DNA of 64,000 nucleotides from Blepharisma stoltei ATCC 30299 (Eukaryota; Protista; Ciliophora), in contig CBFDEM010000013.1 of the NCBI GenBank assembly GCA_965603825.1, positions 868,001-932,000 of the forward strand. Reading direction: 5' to 3'. The notes under the pieces are model-generated. The model was not told where the DNA came from. It saw only the letters and a list, made by a program, of their open reading frames with translations, and ran no database searches. Shown piece by piece: positions 62,328-64,000 of the stretch (position 1 is its first letter; each line of letters begins with the position of its first letter). Both the position numbers and the translations under genes were made by a program.

Positions 62328-63620
62328 ATGTTTAGCGGTAGGTGCTTCAAAGATGGTTGCACAAGCAAGCTGCATGGAATATGCAAATGTGAGGGACTCA
62401 TCCTATTTTGCAAAGAGCATGGACTTGAGCATGTAGAAAGTCCAACTCCTAAAGGACATCAAATCGTAAGATGCTATTTTAAGCCAGCAGAAGAAATCAA
62501 GAAGCCGATTATCGATAAGCTTATAGAATTCAAAAGAGATATAAAAAATTTAGGATTGAAGCGATTGCTAAGGCCAATGAAATTATAAATAATTTTAAAG
62601 TTGCGTTTGGGAAATATATCAATCAAATAAACGAGGCTGAAGCAAGATGCGACAAAATGATTGAAATTTTATATAATGGACGAGAGTTTCTTGATATTGC
62701 TACTGAAGATAATATGGAAAATATTTTAAAATTAAACGCTACAGACATTCAACAAAAGACGATCTGGTGAAATATAAGCCAATTAAGCTACAAAGAAGTA
62801 AATGAAGCTATTGAAAATATGTATAAACACCCTTTTGTGGCTTACTTTGCAGGAACTTTAGAAGATGAAATTGAATCAAACGAGCTTTCATTTTTCAGAC
62901 ATAATTCTTCAAATTTTGCAACTATAAACTTAGATAATTTACAGATTTCTTCTACAGTAACTCTCCCAACTCAAGAATCAATCCATGGGTATACAGGAAG
63001 CTGCATACTTCCTGATAAAACTTATTTTTATGGCTGCAATAATAATTCTAGTTCAGCCACCACATTTACGATCGACAAAAATAAAAATTTAAAGCAGCTG
63101 CAAAACTCAAAGGTTAATTATAATGTTTTTCCTATTTTTTTCAATAATTATATCTATTTAATAGGAGGAAACAATAATCTGGCTGAGAGGTATGATTTTA
63201 AACAAAATGTGAGAAAGTATGGCTCCTCTGCCCCAAGGTTTAAATTTTAACTACAGCTGTAATGCGCGATTTAGAGATTCAATATTTATAACAAGCCAGA
63301 GTCTTCAAAAAGTAATAGTTTATAGCATTACCCAAAATAGCTACCAAGAGATTTCGAATTTGGCATTGAGTGTTAGTTATAAATTGATACTTAAAGGAAA
63401 CAGAAGAATTTATGTATTTGAGAAAGGGGGAAGAATTTTCGAAAGCGGTGAAAACAATTTTTCAAGTTGGACTCAAATAGGAACTAATAGCATTCCGGGT
63501 AACCCTGGCCATTCAAGTATCGTTTATTATAAAGGTTCCATTTACTTTGTTCAGCATCAATATCAGCTCTGGAAGTTCGATCTCACTTCAAAGCAAGCAT
63601 CTCAAGTAACAACTTTCTAA
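62328..63620 (+). pseudogene. family B copy B6, two small deletions (pseudogene or assembly error)
   Basis: 1-nt loss in an A-run at ~62545 and a 2-nt (TG) loss at ~63210; otherwise collinear with B1, B4 and B5. Confidence 0.65.
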
Positions 63621-64000
63621 AAATAAAGATTTATCGCTTTAATAAAATTCGATTTATATAGCATCAAATTGCATAATGCATTATCGCTCGTTATTTCATC
63701 ACATGATTATAATTAGTTGTTTTATTAAGTCTTGCAAAAAGTAAAGAGCATAACTCTGTTAATATTTCAATCAGCCTTACTATTGAGTTGCAGAATATAC
63801 ACTGTATAGCGTCTTTACGCTCATGGATCTTCTTTTCGATATCTCCGAGAAATTAGGAGTTGATTTTACTTTTACCATTGTATTTGAGATGAGAAGGACT
63901 AAAACGTGAAAAACAGCCGGGCTCTATCGAGATGTGATGGGCAGAGGATCAAGAGTAGGATTTCCGTTATACCTGTGGAACATAGGGAAAGCTATAAAGT

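Noticed and set aside
62540-63215. Programmed ribosomal frameshifting in B6, B2 or A5
   Set aside because: Lesions are scattered small deletions, often in homopolymers, with no shared slippery-stop motif; decay or assembly error is sufficient.

Overview
AT-rich eukaryotic DNA, most consistent with a heterotrich ciliate and probably Blepharisma. In-frame TGA behaves as Trp (it swaps with TGG at homologous sites in paralogs), genes end in TAA/TAG, and seven 15-16 nt GT-AG introns are visible. The supplied standard-code ORF track therefore fragments many genes; they are rebuilt here. The left half (1-30.3 kb) is gene-dense, with many intergenic gaps of only 25-65 bp. It holds four C2-domain genes, a Cys-rich surface protein, coiled-coil proteins, four tandem GPI-type pepsin-like aspartic proteases, a ~1990-aa S/T-rich surface protein, a uridine/pantothenate-kinase-like P-loop kinase, a GPR180/TMEM145-like membrane protein and a class-V aminotransferase (cysteine desulfurase-like) with an inserted C2H2 finger. 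The right half (32.9-63.6 kb) is a birth-and-death zone with two divergently oriented tandem arrays of Zn-finger(B-box-like)-coiled-coil-Kelch-like genes (family A, minus strand, 8 copies; family B, plus strand, 6 copies) plus relics. These show hypervariable loop segments, pseudogenes and micro-inversions. Three TA-containing, direct-repeat-flanked insertions (73, 104, 128 bp) look like retained IESs, and their exact removal restores the reading frames. All domain calls come from motif recognition by eye; no searches were run.
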